A stretch of DNA of 61,813 nucleotides, counting the filler, from Sphacelaria rigidula (lineage: Eukaryota), in NCBI GenBank assembly GCA_964200075.2. It is 10 parts of 10 records of this genome, joined end to end, with 100 filler letters (N's around TTAATTAATTAA, not from the genome) between each part and the next. Parts side by side here need not be neighbours in the genome. Positions count along the whole stretch, not along the records: positions 30,959 to 37,049 come from CAXNAA020022293.1; positions 37,150 to 43,240 come from CAXNAA020022294.1; positions 43,341 to 49,431 come from CAXNAA020022295.1; 7 more parts are not named here. One strand, 5' to 3'. The position numbers and the translations under genes were made by a program. This document shows positions 33,850 through 47,850 of this stretch, piece by piece. A model generated the notes under the pieces. That model made no database searches, was not told the DNA's origin, and saw only the letters and a program-made list of their open reading frames with translations. Position 1 is the first letter of the stretch. Each line of letters starts with the position of its first letter.

Positions 33850-36800
33850 AAGTTGTCGGGAAACAGGAACACAGCATACCTAGACTCAGCGCCCATCACC
33901 AAACCTTCCTCGCGTAATACTTCCCGCGCAGCGCCCATCGCCGAACTCTGGGCACTGATGGGACAGTCGAAACAAGATCCGGAGAAAACTCTCCTCGCAA
34001 AACACAACGCTATCGCAGCATGTAGCGGAGGCAGCGTGAATATACAGCCAAACCTAGCCATGTGCCCTTACACACAGCAGAACGTGTGGCAACAGCCAAG
34101 CCTAATATGTCATCACTGCGCACCCATGTGCCAGTCACCCACTCCAACCCTAAGTTGTCACAGTACAGTTGCAGCCTTCTGCAATCAGCCCGCCTCAACA
34201 CCGGATCAGCACGGCGTACCTTTCTCGGAGAAAACTTATCAATTCAGTAGCATCCCCCGCGGAAATACGTCCTCAAGAGGCGCATCAGCCTCCACGACAC
34301 AAGGTCAAGTAGGTACTACAACGATAAGTAACCCCCCACCACCGGAGTAGCCACGTACGGAGATCATTGACTTTTTACGCAACGCACGAATTTGCTTTCG
34401 ACATGCCTCTGGTTTAGAATGTAGACGCCCGCGGTGCCCATACATACGTGAAGCAAATATCTTACCTAAAGGTTTTTACTCTCGCAAGCAAAACTCGCAA
34501 GAACAATTAGCCGCAAGCAAAACTCGCAAGAGCCAAGAAGTATGGGTACAGGCGAAAATCTTGTACCTCCATAAAATGATCATGCGACTTCCTGTCGCCG
34601 TCCTATTGGACACGGGAGCTGTTGGGGGACACTACGTGCCCGGTGCTTTCTGGCAGTCGATTTCTAAGTGAGGAGGATTGCCTGATTGCAAACTAGACAA
34701 GAGAGGCGCAGAGGCGTTGCGAGCAGCGAACCCAGAGGACAACAAGGTACCACCAATGAAAATCCTAGACTCTTCCACAATCCCAGTCATCTTTCCCCCA
34801 GAAGATAAAGTACGCAACGTAGCAGTACGTGTAGTCAAGGGCTTTCCATACGCGTTAGTACTAGGTGCAGCGTTCTTCCGCAAAGACTCGAGCGTCCTAT
34901 CATTTGGCCTACAGCAGGGATTCGGCGCTACCCCCGACGCACCAAAGCACCAAAAACCACAACCCTCTCCGAATACCTTTCCTTGATACGAAAAGTTCTC
35001 TCGGCTCTTTTTGAAGAAAAATACTCTGTCCACTTTGCGAAATCGTCATGGTGCATGCCTAACGAGGAATTCTCGCGGATGATGATCGACCGCGAGGGTA
35101 GACGTCCAGCCCCATCCAAAATTGAAGTAGTCAGTAGCTCTCGCCCCCAAACACGGTAGAAGAGCTACGCACCTTCCTCGGTATGACCGGTTACATGCAA
35201 TCATTCGTCGATCATTACAGCATCATCGCGGCTCCTCTGACGGACATCCTACGTGATCCTCGCTTTCAATCCAAACGTGCGACGACATTGAGAATCCCGT
35301 GGGATGACGGGAAGCAACAGGTGTTCGGTAAACTGAAGAAGGCACGAATCTCCCCACCGGTTCTAGCATATCCCTCGTGGAACCACCCCTTCACCCTACC
35401 CACCGATGCGAGTATCTTGGGGGCGGGCGCGACGCTGTGCCAGACGATTGAGGGTGTCAAGAAAGTTGTGGCATACGCGAGTCACCGGTTCTCGCGTACC
35501 GATTAACTGAGAGTAGCAACGCACCGAGAATGCATGGCCGTCCTGTGGGCGACGGGGCACTTTAGATCATATATCATAGGTAGAAGATTTTGCCTCGTAA
35601 CAGATTGAAGCGCTTTCCCCTGCTTATCCAGGAGCAGAGATCTCGAACCCAAACTACATCGTTGGACGCTACGCTTGATGGAGTGCGACATGGCACTGCG
35701 GGGGAGAGCAGGTACATCCCACCAACTTCCCGATGCGCCATCACGCCTATTTGGCAACACCTCAGAAGGTACAGATGTTGACGACGCTTTTCCGGATGAC
35801 CCAACTCTGAAATCCGACCGGCGCACGAAGGGCCCGCAAGGACCGGTGTTGGATGGAGTCCTCTTGAGCCAACTAGGAGAAGATAACGGAATATTGGTAG
35901 GATCTGCCTCAATTACAGCGTTGTGGTCGATTGCAGGCACTACAGATTGCATGGACTGCTTAATCGGCGAACTCGCACAACAAAACAGCCAGATATCCGA
36001 CACATAGAGACCTGAGGCGGGAGTAAGGGAGACAATGACACAACTGTCGGAGACGTCGTTTGCTCGAGAAGAGATAGCAGCACTGCATGAAAAGATCCAG
36101 GAAGAACTACGCAGATCCGGCAGACCCCGCACTTACTCTGCTAGACTGAGGGATTTCATCACCAACGAAGCCGCCTCCGTACCACAGAGCACACCTCCAG
36201 CCTACACAGGCGCCCAGCAGACACAGTCGGACAGTCGGGAATTGAACCGCCCTGTCGTCTTCAATGAGCACGGAAAGAACCACACGAGAGGTGTCTCACC
36301 CAACAGTCACAACTCCGTTATCAACAGAGCGATCAATACTCTATCTGATTTACCCAGCCTTGTCAAGAGCCAGAAGAACGACCCCCACCTGAGCATGATT
36401 CTAGCTTCCTTACTCAGCGAGACGAAAAAGGCTGGGTCTGGAACCACGTCAGATCGATACATCGTAGACGACCAGGGCCTGTTGTGGTTCACCGGAAATA
36501 AGCACAAGACAAGCTTGACCATACCGAGGCAACTAGTCCCCGACCTAATAGCACTCGTATACGCATACTATGGACACGCTGGAGTAGCGCACATTACGGT
36601 CCTTATACGAAACCACTTCCACTGGGAACAGTCTGAACAGAGACTGCCGTGACTGCCTTCTATCATGTAAATGCAGACGCAGAAAAGGGCACGTACCGAA
36701 CAAGTAGCGATGCTATCGAACCGATTTCTACATCCCTGGGAGGTACTAGAGATCGACTTCCAGGATATGCATCGCACATCCGCATCAGGTTATCGATACA

Positions 36801-36990
36801 TACTACTAATTGTTGACCGGGCGTTGAGATTCCTCTTCGCCTACCCCACACCGACGAAAGAGTCAGTACCGGTTGCCCGCATCTTACTGAACCTGTCTTT
36901 AACATTCGCCATGCCTAGATCTATTCGCAGTGACAGAGGGGGAGAGTTCGCAGCAACCGTAGTAAGGGATCATGGCTCAGGGTATATCTG
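33850..36990 (+). mobile_element. Decayed, internally deleted Ty3/gypsy LTR retrotransposon
   Basis: Protease VLLDTGA (~34600); RT thumb LRTFLGMTGY...IAAPLTDIL; RNase H FTLPTDAS..GAGATL.Q...VAYAS; integrase GHAG...PWEVLEIDF...LIVD...IRSDRGGEF. Order PR-RT-RH-INT, with stops and frameshifts. Confidence 0.93.
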
Positions 36991-37389
36991 AGTCATCCTA
37001 CGATAGGGGGGGGGGGTATTTTGGGCCATTTGTTGCTCGAAATTTGGAGNNNNNNNNNNNNNNNNNNNNNNNNNNNNNNNNNNNNNNNNNNNNTTAATTA
37101 ATTAANNNNNNNNNNNNNNNNNNNNNNNNNNNNNNNNNNNNNNNNNNNNGAATCGAACCCCCCAACTCAACCATCAGAAGGTTACGAGGATACCAACTGA
37201 GCCACCGGGGCGACCGGCCTTTTTTACATTATAGTATTGTAAAGGTTTCCCAAGGCCCATCTTGAATGAAAGATCCGTCAACGGCTATTATTTGTAAAAT
37301 CCCTTGATAGCCCTTTTGGGACCCCACAAATAATAGGTAGCAGTACAGAGGTATCCCTTTGAGTGCGAGCGATTGATCATCTGTGAATG

Positions 37390-37758
37390 TGTTGTGTGTA
37401 TTGTCGCCCCATTCATTCTGGGCGCCAGTCTGCACCTTTCGGTATATTATGTGGGCGCACCACGAGCAGGGGCCACACAGGAGGAATATAGGTCAACACA
37501 CTTTTTATTTTTTATTTGTTATACCAGTACCCCCTTTCCCTCTGCGGTGCTTGTCTTTATGTTTTATCGCGAGAGGGGTTCAGCGGTCCTTTTCTCTCGT
37601 CAACTGTCACGTCGACCTTCATGTACTCACGGCATAGTCGATCTCCACTGTCGAGTATGTTGTGAGGAAAAATCCTAGATCGCTTCAGGAATTGAACCCC
37701 ACTACTCAACCGTCAGAGGGTTACGAGGTTACCAACTGAGCCACGGGGGCGACCGGCT
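37390..37758 (-). mobile_element. SINE family B, full-length copy (second head at 37150-37218)
   Basis: ccaactgagccac.ggggcgaccggc is the reverse complement of the head. Confidence 0.82.
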
Positions 37759-38118
37759 GGATGTGCGTGGGATCAAAAACAATCGTTCTTCACATAAGAA
37801 TGATGCAGCATGAAATCAATCGTTCTCCAGCTAAAAATGATGCCGATTCACGATGGGCACCCGTCGCTGGCTAACTCTTTGACCACAAGGGTAGGTCACC
37901 TGCTGAATCGGCATCAATGTTCACTTGAAAAAAAGGACGCGTGATCCCGATGGATTAACCGCATGGCGGTCCAAAGGTCCTCAGATCGTGAGGGCGTGTG
38001 TTGTCGTCCCATCTACTCTGGACGCCGGTCTACACCTTTCGGTATATGTGAGCGCATCAGCTGGTGTCACATAGGAGGAAGGTCAACAAAGGAGCCTTTT
38101 CTTTTTTGTTTTATAGTA

Positions 38119-38430
38119 CCGCCGCACCCCGGTGGTGTAATGGCCCGACTGTCGCCATTAGAGTGGAGAGAACGGGGGTTCGATTTCCGATGCGTTGGTT
38201 GTTTTCCTCGTAACGTATGATTTCCACCGTGGAAAGCGTGAGAACGTGAGTAAACACAGAAGTCGACTGCATTTTTGTGACGTGAGTTGACGCGGTGCGG
38301 AAGTGCTGATCCAATCAGCGAGACCAAAATGAAAGGCACGTACTGAGGGAGAGATGGGTTGATCCGTTGAGACCACGGGCTCATCCCGAGGAAGGGGAGG
38401 GGTTCAAAGTGTGAGGGGGAAAAAAAAAAA
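38119..38430 (+). mobile_element. SINE family A, full-length copy with A-tail
   Basis: ccgccgcaccccggtggtgtaatgg...ggttcgatttcc...ggggttcaaagt. Confidence 0.82.
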
Positions 38431-39959
38431 CGCCTTCCTTCTGCGGTGCTTGCCTTTATTTTTTATCGCAGAGAGTACAGTAGTCCATCTGGATCATGCA
38501 CGCTTTTTCAAGAGGAAATGCCGATTCAACAGATGACATCTCCCCCGCCATCTGAAGGGTTAACCCTTCCTGTCCTAGGGTTTATTCATTGGCATACAGG
38601 TTATAGGCGGGTCACGAGTGCCCCGAAAAAAAACTCTGAGATCCCATGTACCTCCCCCCCGCCCCTGCGGCGGTCGTGGGATTTTGGGGGGGGCGACTAG
38701 GGTGAGGTATATAGCGCGCCCATGATTGTTGGCCCTGTCGACCACCACAAGATGCGACGAACGTTGGACGCAAATTGGCGGTGCAGATAGACGCGTTCAG
38801 CTTGATTGAGCAAGCGTTGTAGAGCATTACTATGTTGGCTTCGAAAGTGAGACCCAGTTGTCAGATGAAATCTTCTGACCGCGGGTCCGAATGTAGGGTT
38901 TACACGTTTGGGTCCCCTAGAATCCGCACTGCTACCACCGAGCGAGGTTTGGCTCACAACCTCCGCTACTCGTACCACGATCATGGCGGGAACAGGAGAC
39001 CCTTGGGGGTTGTTTGGCTCCGACAGTGAGGAAGATTCCACAGTAAGTCTTTGTCATAGGTAGTTGGGCAATATTAATCGTACAAACATGTCCACCTCGT
39101 GTTCCGTGGGCAAACAGCAGCTTGCCACGAACGAATCAAACGTGTGCCAATCAAAGCATCTTTGCGAGGCGTTTCCACGAAGACACATTTCATCTACAGT
39201 AGGATGATAGTTATGAAGATAGCGCCTGGTTGAAAGTGTCGATATTGACGGTGGCCTCTGAGCTGTTAGAAAGCTGTCCAAGTTAGTCTGTGCTTGCCAC
39301 AGAGCATATGACGGAATATAACACCCCAGGGATCATGTCAAGTGCCCAGTTTCTCGTGATCCAAGACTCTGTACGCCCAAGATATCCCATTCGATGCCAA
39401 CACATTTCTTGAAGCGACACAGCTCCCAGGGGTGAGCCTGTCGAAGGTGTCAAGAGAATCGACGTTGGGCATTGTCAGCATGATGGATTGGTTGATTGTT
39501 GTACATTATGTTGGCAGGGTGCGGAGAGAAATACAGTGTTATTCCCTTTTCGATAATATGGAGGCGGTGTTTTTGCGGGTTAGACGCCGAGAAAATCCGC
39601 ACCTCGCTTGTAATGACGCCGAAACGTCGAGGAAATGTTGGTTTGTACTACAGCAAAGTGCCGGAGTCGCAGCCGTGGCTGCAGAAGGCGCTGCGGGCCC
39701 GATCTCCTTTTAAACGGTGGATACCATTCTATTCAGTTTCTTTGTTTCTTCTTCTTCACCACCTCCTGTCTGATGGCGATTATAGTATGTACAATTTCGG
39801 TCAGGCTCGCAGACCGCACGGATCCTTCAGGCGTCATCGTCAATCTTCGCCTAGTTAGGGGTGAACGCTCGCAGAAAACCAGAAAAATAAACAGCATCTA
39901 TGCCCCACCATATATGTGAGGGTCTAGGCTGAACGTTTGCCGACCCGAAAAGTTCGACA

Positions 39960-41030
39960 CGTCAAGGTCAAGCCTGTCTCACGCGACCGCTGCGTTCTGC
40001 CATGGACCCTGCCCCACGTACCCGACAAGTGGGCAACGTCCCCCTACAGACAGTAGCAATGCTAGCGGGTACAAGATCCTAATAGTCTGGCAGCCGGCAG
40101 GTAGTTATGGTGGTGTCCTTCTAGCGATATCAACTTACAGTGCACTGTTGCAGAGTTCACAGGTGAATATTTTGCGATTGCTTCACCTCCAGTTTGCCGA
40201 GATGTAGTGGATTTTCCCACCATCCCACCGCGCCAGATGATATTTGAAAATGTATCAGATCCTACATTTTATGTTGAAATGTCCCAGACCCTGGACGAAG
40301 GTTCTACAGTCAGTATGAACACGGTGTTAGAAGTGTACTGCGCACAGTATGCAATATATTGCCGATTATTATTTGTGTAATACTAATACTCGTACCTCAA
40401 GCCCGTAACTGCAACGCTACACTTCGAGACAACAGTGTGTAAAAATCCCCAGGGTATGAAATGCTACAGGCGGATTTCGCGCCATAGCGGCTGTTTTACC
40501 ATACAGCTTCGCCCAAGATACAGGCAGCCATGACAGCAGCAGAGGCGACCTTTCACTCCTGCGTGCGCAGTCTGGGGCAAACGCACGCTGTAGCTGGAAC
40601 ACGGAGAGTTTTACAAAATGTGTCTTGGCGATCTAGGGCGTGACGAAGGGTGATATCCCGCGTACAAGTTGACCGCAACTACAAGCGGTTGCGTGCATAA
40701 TGTGGCGAACTGCGTAGGACAGCGCGAAATCAATGCAGAACAGGGATAGGCTGAGGATGTGACGTTCTGTGCTGTGCTTTGTCGCCCTGCACCCTGCCGC
40801 TGTGCAGTGAGCAGGTAGTACCGCCGAAGGCGTAATGCCGCGGTTGGTACGCAGTGTCGAACACATAGCAGCTTTCAGCATATTTAATGTACAACAGACA
40901 AGGATGTGTGTGTGTTTCAAGACCGATGCGCACAGAGTGGGACCCGCATCCAGAGAACCCTGTACCAACTCGCCCTGTTCTAGCGGATACGAAAATCTTT
41001 TCAGCAAAAACCGCTTGCGACATGTGCTGC
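39960..41030 (+). repeat. Modular repeat copy (X-Y-Z, no SINE)
   Basis: Homology to 7300-8180, 51810-52620 and 59320-59960. Confidence 0.8.
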
Positions 41031-41649
41031 AACGAATCTTATGCGTCATGCAGCTTTCTCCCGTGTGCGACATCGCCCGTGAGGCAAGCTGTTGAAGCTA
41101 ACAGTGTCCAACCCTGTTCCCACGGTGACCTCCTGCCTGAGCTCGAGATAATTAAAACTGCGGAACATGACTTTAGCGCATAGAATGTACACCTCACCGT
41201 GAAATACTGCCTTCATATTATGAAAAAGGAACAACACTGGATATACCCCGTCACGTCCGGTACTCTGGAACGTGGGAAATTATTGATACATTTACCTTCC
41301 ACCAATGCAGTAGGTGGGACAAAATGACATGCTTGTTGTTGAAAACCTTCCAGGGTGATCACGAAAAATAACTTCCACGAGTCCAAAAACAGTAAAAACA
41401 CCCCTCTTGTTGGGTTTTGCACGTTACATCAGAGCAGGTGACGGAGTATAAAATCCCCAGTGGTGTAAACGCAAAATACACAACCTCCATTTTTGCTCTT
41501 CCCAAATTAATAAGAGCAAACTACACTGTGCTGTCAGGCCATCTCTTATCGACGCAGATAAGTCTGTTTGCTGAATCAGTTCGCAAACAGATTTGGGCTC
41601 ACCACGACCACTTTGAGTTGGATTGAAATCACTTATTTTCTGCTGCCCT

Positions 41650-41934
41650 TTGAACCCCTCCCCTTCCCCGGGACAAGTCCGTGGTCTTGAGGGATCAACC
41701 CATATTTCCCCGGTACACGCCTCGCTTTTTGGTCCCGCGGGATGGGTCAGCACTCCTGTATGCTTCAGCTCTCGTCAAACGAACTCAGTTACATTTGTTT
41801 ACCCACGTGCTCATGCTTTTGATCGTGGATATCAGATACTTCGAAGAAAAAACCCAACGCATGGGGAGTCGATACCGCGTTATTTCCAGCCTAATGATGA
41901 CAATCGGACCAGTAGACCACCGGAGCGCGGTGGC
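41650..41934 (-). mobile_element. SINE family A, diverged copy
   Basis: tttgaacccctccccttccc...gagggatcaaccc...ggtacacgcct...aaaacccaacgcat. Confidence 0.75.
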
Positions 41935-43574
41935 TATACGCTATATTTGTTTTGCCCACATGAGATCTGCGGTGCCCACTGGTGTGTGTCTGTATCTACT
42001 CTGCTGCCCCGGGTCCGTTGGTCTTTTCCCTTTCTCCTCTTAATTCAATTAGTACTATTATTTTTGCTCTTTCATTTTCTCATTTTTCCTCTTTTTTTCG
42101 TTTAGATCGGTTTTTCGGCTCAGGGCCCACAGATAGGGGCAATATTTTTGACTGGCACGATGTTTCGACCAATCAGAGCCTCCCAATATACCAAAATGCA
42201 GCGGCCTTTCTTCAATCAGATGAGAGAATCGCGTGGGAATTGAGTGGTCAAATAGCTGTGATTGGCCCACACATTGCGCCGCTGCCAGTCAGACAGCTGC
42301 TACCATCAATCGCTTGGGATACAGCAGCTCCGTGCTGGCTCAGTTTGATCGCCCCAACCTGCACGCGTCCGCCTTGCGTGTCTTGCCGATCACAGCACCC
42401 GTATACAACTGAAGTACCAAAGAAGACGCAACAGACAGCTAGCTGCACAGTCGTCACGTAATCGTTTCAACTTCGTGTACAGTACTTTGATCCCACCCCA
42501 ATTCTGTGCAAACCGAAACACGGCATGCAGCAGTACAATTGTTCAGGCACTCTTCAGCCCACATCACACCATGTCCGTCGTGGAGATTTTAGATGCACGA
42601 CACCACAGCGACAACTACAGCATAGAAATGATGGGTGTGGGAAGTGCCTTATTCGTTTGACGGAAAACGAAACAGCCAACACACAACAGTGTGTAGACAG
42701 CACTGCGTGCCGACATACATATATATTTTTTATCATTTTCTGTAAAGACAAAGGCAGTGGCAGTAAGGTAACTGACGCAATCCCAGCGGAGACAAAACCG
42801 TGTCAGCAAAGGTCCGAACACAGGGCAGTGACAGCTACAGCACATGAGAGAGGGCGTGAGTATGTTTGAGCTGCAGCACGGTGGAACAGCACATGTCTCA
42901 TGCGACAGTTTTCCCCCTCATTTCAGACGGTTCCTCAATTTTTGTCGAGTGCCGATTTTAAACGCTCGGCCATGATCGCGCTCCGCGCGAAAATCTATTC
43001 ATTCACTTCGAGTTACCCCTATCTGCGGGGGGTGAGCCTTCCTTCTGTGCTTTGCTTGTGTTGGGTTTTTTTTCTCTGTTTTTTTTTTTTCACGTCTTGG
43101 TCCGCTATGTCGTTCTGTACAGCTTTCTTCTGTTCCTCTTTTTTCTTCAGCAGTGTTTCAGTTTTTTTTTTTTTTTTGGGTACGTCTATCGTGTGACCAC
43201 GGCTGGACCCTTGGGAGATCAGTTAAAGTACGACAATCAANNNNNNNNNNNNNNNNNNNNNNNNNNNNNNNNNNNNNNNNNNNNTTAATTAATTAANNNN
43301 NNNNNNNNNNNNNNNNNNNNNNNNNNNNNNNNNNNNNNNNCCTTGAACCGCGGTGTTGGTAGTCGATCTGGACCACGTGTACTTTTTCCAAGTGAATATT
43401 GATGCCGATTCAGCAGGTGACCTACTCTCGCGGTCTGACGGTTAACTCCTCCTGCGGAGTTTTGGGGCGGGAAGATACTTTCGCTCTGTGTTACTCTTTC
43501 GTATTTTCCCTGCAATAGAGAAATTCGACGTCAGCCCCATTTTAGTGTTGAATCCCCAAATTTAAAATCGGCTG

Positions 43575-44070
43575 TTCTTTGTTTGAAGTGCGAATACATT
43601 CCCAACTCTGCTCTCAAAACTGTATTACTCGTCGGTTTCGAGCATCCAAGTATTTTCTTAGATGCTGCCATCTGAACTGTTTGTAATCTCTCAATCAACT
43701 TGGCGTTCTCCTCCCATACTTCTCCTGCATATTCCAGCTTTGGTACGATCACGTTCATCAAGATACATCTTTCAATCCTAATGTCTGGGTGCGGGTCTCT
43801 GAGAATCACGTCCAACCTACCTATCTGTATCTTACCCTTTTCTATTACTCTTTTTTATGTGTTCATCCCAAGAACAGTGTTTCGAGCTTTCTACGCCAAG
43901 GTATGTATACCGGTCTACGATCGGCAGTTCCTCTTCTCCCCACTTTCATTTGAACTCTACCGGATTTTTCTTATCTTTGTTACAGACGAGTACCGCGCAT
44001 TTTATTACGTTCGCTGTCACTCTCCATTTTCTAGTGTATTCAAGCGCCTTGTCTATCTGTGTCTGTAGAG
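43575..44070 (-). mobile_element. Non-LTR (LINE) retrotransposon RT C-terminal fragment
   Basis: YTRKWRVTANV.KC...LPIVDRYTYLGV...WDEHI...IVPKLEYAGEVW...LQTVQ...KILG...NTVLRAELG, with one internal stop. Confidence 0.88.
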
Positions 44071-44249
44071 GTAAACGTACCAGTTAAGGTACGCTCAAGG
44101 TACCTGACAGGGAAAACTCTGGTTCGCGGACAGCACGACACGTAGAACAATGCCCAGAGTATCTGAAAAGAGGCAATCTAATGTTTTATCACCTAAGCTT
44201 CTCAAAATTGAAAAATAATCAAACCAAGTCGCAGGAGTAGGTGTGGAGT

Positions 44250-45400
44250 ACGGCTCTATTGACGTAAAAAATGGGGCAAAAACACCCCCTGTTTCAATTA
44301 CGGTACACTTTACGCAGCAGTTGATTTCTCGCGACCGTAAACATCTCAGATCTTCTCCTTTGGTACAAATATTTATCAGATTAGTGCGGTCTGTTTTCAA
44401 AAAAAAAAAGAAGAAAATTTTAATCCGGGGATGAAAATCGCCTATTCCCTGTTTTATGGAACAAACTCCGCCATTAAGTCGGTATTTGGCGACGCCGTAC
44501 TCGACGAGAACTAATGTTTTCTTGGTTTTTTCTTCTTCAACCCATCGGAATACGTTTTGATAGTGATCTCCCAAAATTTCGTGCTCATCGGTTATGATTA
44601 AGGCACTCTATCACGCACGTCGAATGGCGCCCCCTAATCATTAATTTTTCACCAGAAATCGATATTGACTACGAAGATGGGACACCTGGGACGTTTCAGG
44701 CCTCCTCTTTTGGTACAAACGTGTATGACACTAGTGCAGTCCATTTTGCAAAAAAAAACATCCGGGGATGAAAATGGCCTATCCCCTAGTTTTCGGGACA
44801 AATTTCGCCATTAACTCTGTGTTTGGCAACGCCGTACTCGACGAAAACGTTTTTTCTTTTACTGCTTCATTAACTCATCGAGATACGTTTTGACAGTAAT
44901 CTCCCAAAATCTGGGGTTCATGCCTTACGATTAAGGTACTATGACGCACGTTGAGTGATGCCCCTTAATCACCAGAAATCGACAATGCTGCGAAAATGGA
45001 ACGCCTAGAGCCAGGACGTTCCAGATATTTTCTTCCGGCACAAACCTTTACGCATCGCAATGTATCACCATGCCGCACGATGCATCACTTTCTGGCACCA
45101 AAGAGGGAAAAGAGGCAATTCGGGGAATAAAATGGCATATCCCCGGATTTTCGGAACAAAGTTGAGCATTCTTCTCCGTGTTTGGCAACGCCGAACTCGA
45201 CGAACACGTTCGCAGAGCTCTAAGCTTTGTTCCGAAAATCCGGGACCCAACCAAGTGGGATTAGTTTCGACATAATTGTCGCAAAAATTTGGTGCTCGAC
45301 GGATGTGACTGAGTTGCAATGAAACACGTTTGCTGCCCCCCCGCCCCCCCGACACACACACAAAATTCTCGCCAAAATCGACAATGACTACGAGAACGGC
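44250..45400. repeat. Degenerate satellite, ~340-360-bp unit x3
   Basis: cgggga.gaaaat.gc.tat.ccc...tttggc.acgccg.actcgacga at ~44427, ~44763 and ~45121. Confidence 0.8.
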
Positions 45401-46371
45401 AGACGTGGCTCGCAGACAGCAGCGAACACGAAACAGAGCAAGCGAAGCAGCGAAAACTTCGCCTAATCTTTCTCGGCGATGACCTTCGACGCCCTGATCC
45501 CTTGCGGAGTAACACCTACGGCGAAGATATCCACGAGTGGCGGGTGAAAGGGGCGGGGGGTGGGGAGGGGGGGGGGGGGGGGGGAGCAGGAGAGCACATG
45601 TTTGGTGTATTGTGTACGGTGAAAGTGTGNNNNNNNNNNGGGGGGGGGCACAGAGTAAACAACGTTTTCGTGAGATTGACTGTAGAATGCTCATTGAGAG
45701 CGGCTTTGATCATTCGCTTTAACTAAGCCAATTTTTCATTCCGTGTCTGCTTTTCTTTGTCTCAACCAATAGCGTGTGCTTACAGCTACACGTCGATATC
45801 CTACTCAGGGATATCAAGGGCCTTAGTGGCGAGCTACTAAATAAAGCATATCGGGCCTCACGGAGGTGCATTTCGGAACTGAAACTATTCAGTCGCTAAT
45901 TGACTGCTTTTCAGTCTCGATCGTATCCTCTACTCCCTCAATCTCACGAAAACATTGTTAGTAGTATCGGGTGGTACGCACAGTACTGGCACAATCTCTA
46001 AACGCGGTACTTGCAACACCTCTACAGACAGTATAGGTAGGACCTCTATGAAGAGTAAGTGCGATCAACAGAACACGCCGAGACAGCAATGAGCAGGCAA
46101 ACGCCAAGTGCTTCGTCGGCGAAGAATGTGGCAAAAATAATACCGAATCAAACGTAGCATGACTGAGAGCAGACAAACACCACGCCACAGCAACAACCCC
46201 TGGCTCTAGCTCCAGACACATGCGTTGTATCACATAAACTGAACGGCTCTTGAGAGACAGTAACGCACCTTTCTCATCTGTGCTCTATCTGTGGTCGGTT
46301 GCTCGCTTTTGCTTGTGCACGTAGTCCTCACAGGCCGCATAAATCTCCGGCATGCGATCTTCTTCGTCGGC

Positions 46372-46780
46372 CGCACCACCCTGTCGGCGTTGTAGATGCG
46401 GTTGCTGCTCTCACCTGGCCGCGGGTGCCTCCGAAGGAACAAGCCGAGCCATTTTCGACCTGAGCCTACTGTCGGGTCCTATGGCACTGGTCGGTTGTCG
46501 CTCCAGAGTGCCATAGCCGCCTGTTTCAGGCCATCTCTATTCAGGACCGTTGACGAGCTGCGGCAAATTGTCAGCATATCTTCGATGAAATTTTCTTCCT
46601 ACCTCGCCAGTACAGTACCCGGACAAACCCTGCCAACTATGCCCACGCTATCACTGACACGCTTCTGCAGCGAACCAACGAAGCTTTCAAAAGTCTTTGC
46701 AGTGGCATGGGAGGCCATGCGACCGCTGCGTACCGCTTCTACGGCCTCTGTTGCACGTTCTGGGTCCACCTTTACTCTCT
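46372..46780 (-). mobile_element. pogo/Fot1-like DNA transposase N-terminal fragment (HTH_psq + CENP-B HTH), pseudogenised
   Basis: My minus-strand translation through stops: EAVEAVRSGRMASHATAKTF...SLQKRV...PGTVLAR*EENFIEDML...GRKWLGLFLRRHP. No DDE domain seen. Confidence 0.72.
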
Positions 46781-47429
46781 ACATGTTTAGCAACCCAGTG
46801 TTACGCCGGGGGAAATTTTCTTTTTCTTTATAGTCTTTTATACGCCTCCGCGGAAAACGGTGAAAAGCGTTGGATGGTGGCAAATATCCTGACTTCGCAA
46901 GCACGGTCCGCACCTACTGTGCATTCGAGAGCGGCCCAGACAGCATCGCCCAGGAGGGAGGAGAAGACGCATGAACAATCAAGGTGCGTCCATATATAGA
47001 CAGAAAGTTCCTCTCGTAAATTCCAATGTCAACAGTGCTGTATGCAACGAGTTAGGGCAGAATCCGTGCAGCTCAGGGTGAACATCACCCCCCTCGCCGA
47101 AACCTGACCTCCGGTGTCATGGGGGACATGGCGCTCGACCTACACGACCAGGAGAGATACAGAGGAATGTTTTACCATGTAGACAACGTAAACCTTCTGT
47201 TGAAAAAGGTTTCACTGAAATCCATCGCTATCTAAATACTAACGGCTTGACTGAATTCGAAAAAAGTTAAAATTTTGCTCCGCACCAGCACATGGGTGCA
47301 GTAGAGAGTCCCCTTCCTGCTCTACAAGGTGGTCACCCCAGTACAGTACAAACGCGTGCAGCACAACACCATGCCCCCTAGTGGAGCGCAGAACCGCATA
47401 ACTTTGTCAAGTGAAGTGTAGTGGAGCAC

Positions 47430-47850
47430 AGAGTGTTGTACAGCCTGCGAAGTGCAATGCTCGGGTGTAACCAGCGCTGAGTGCGGGAAGAAACAATATG
47501 TGCAGTACCGTTGTAGTCGTGTGACGGTCTTGTCGAAACCACCCTCATTCACGATGAGCGACATGCGGCCGTGGGTCATGTGTAATTCTGCGGGTTAGGT
47601 ACTCCATGAAGGATGGTATTCATCCCACCTGGTGCCTTTTCATTGCGCATGTATTGTACAGCCTGTGAAGTGCAATATTCGGGTATGACCAGCGCCGAGT
47701 GCGGGAAGAAACAGCATGTACAGTACTACATGACGGTCTTGCACGATGAGCGACATGCGGCCGTGGGTCATGTGTGATTCTGCGGGTTAGGTACTCCATG
47801 AAGGAAAGTATTGATCCCACCTGGCGCCTTTTTATTGCGCATCGATGGCA
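47430..47850. repeat. Tandem duplication (~200 bp)
   Basis: cacgatgagcgacatgcggccgtgggtcatgtgt.attctgcgggttaggtactccatgaagga occurs twice. Confidence 0.85.
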
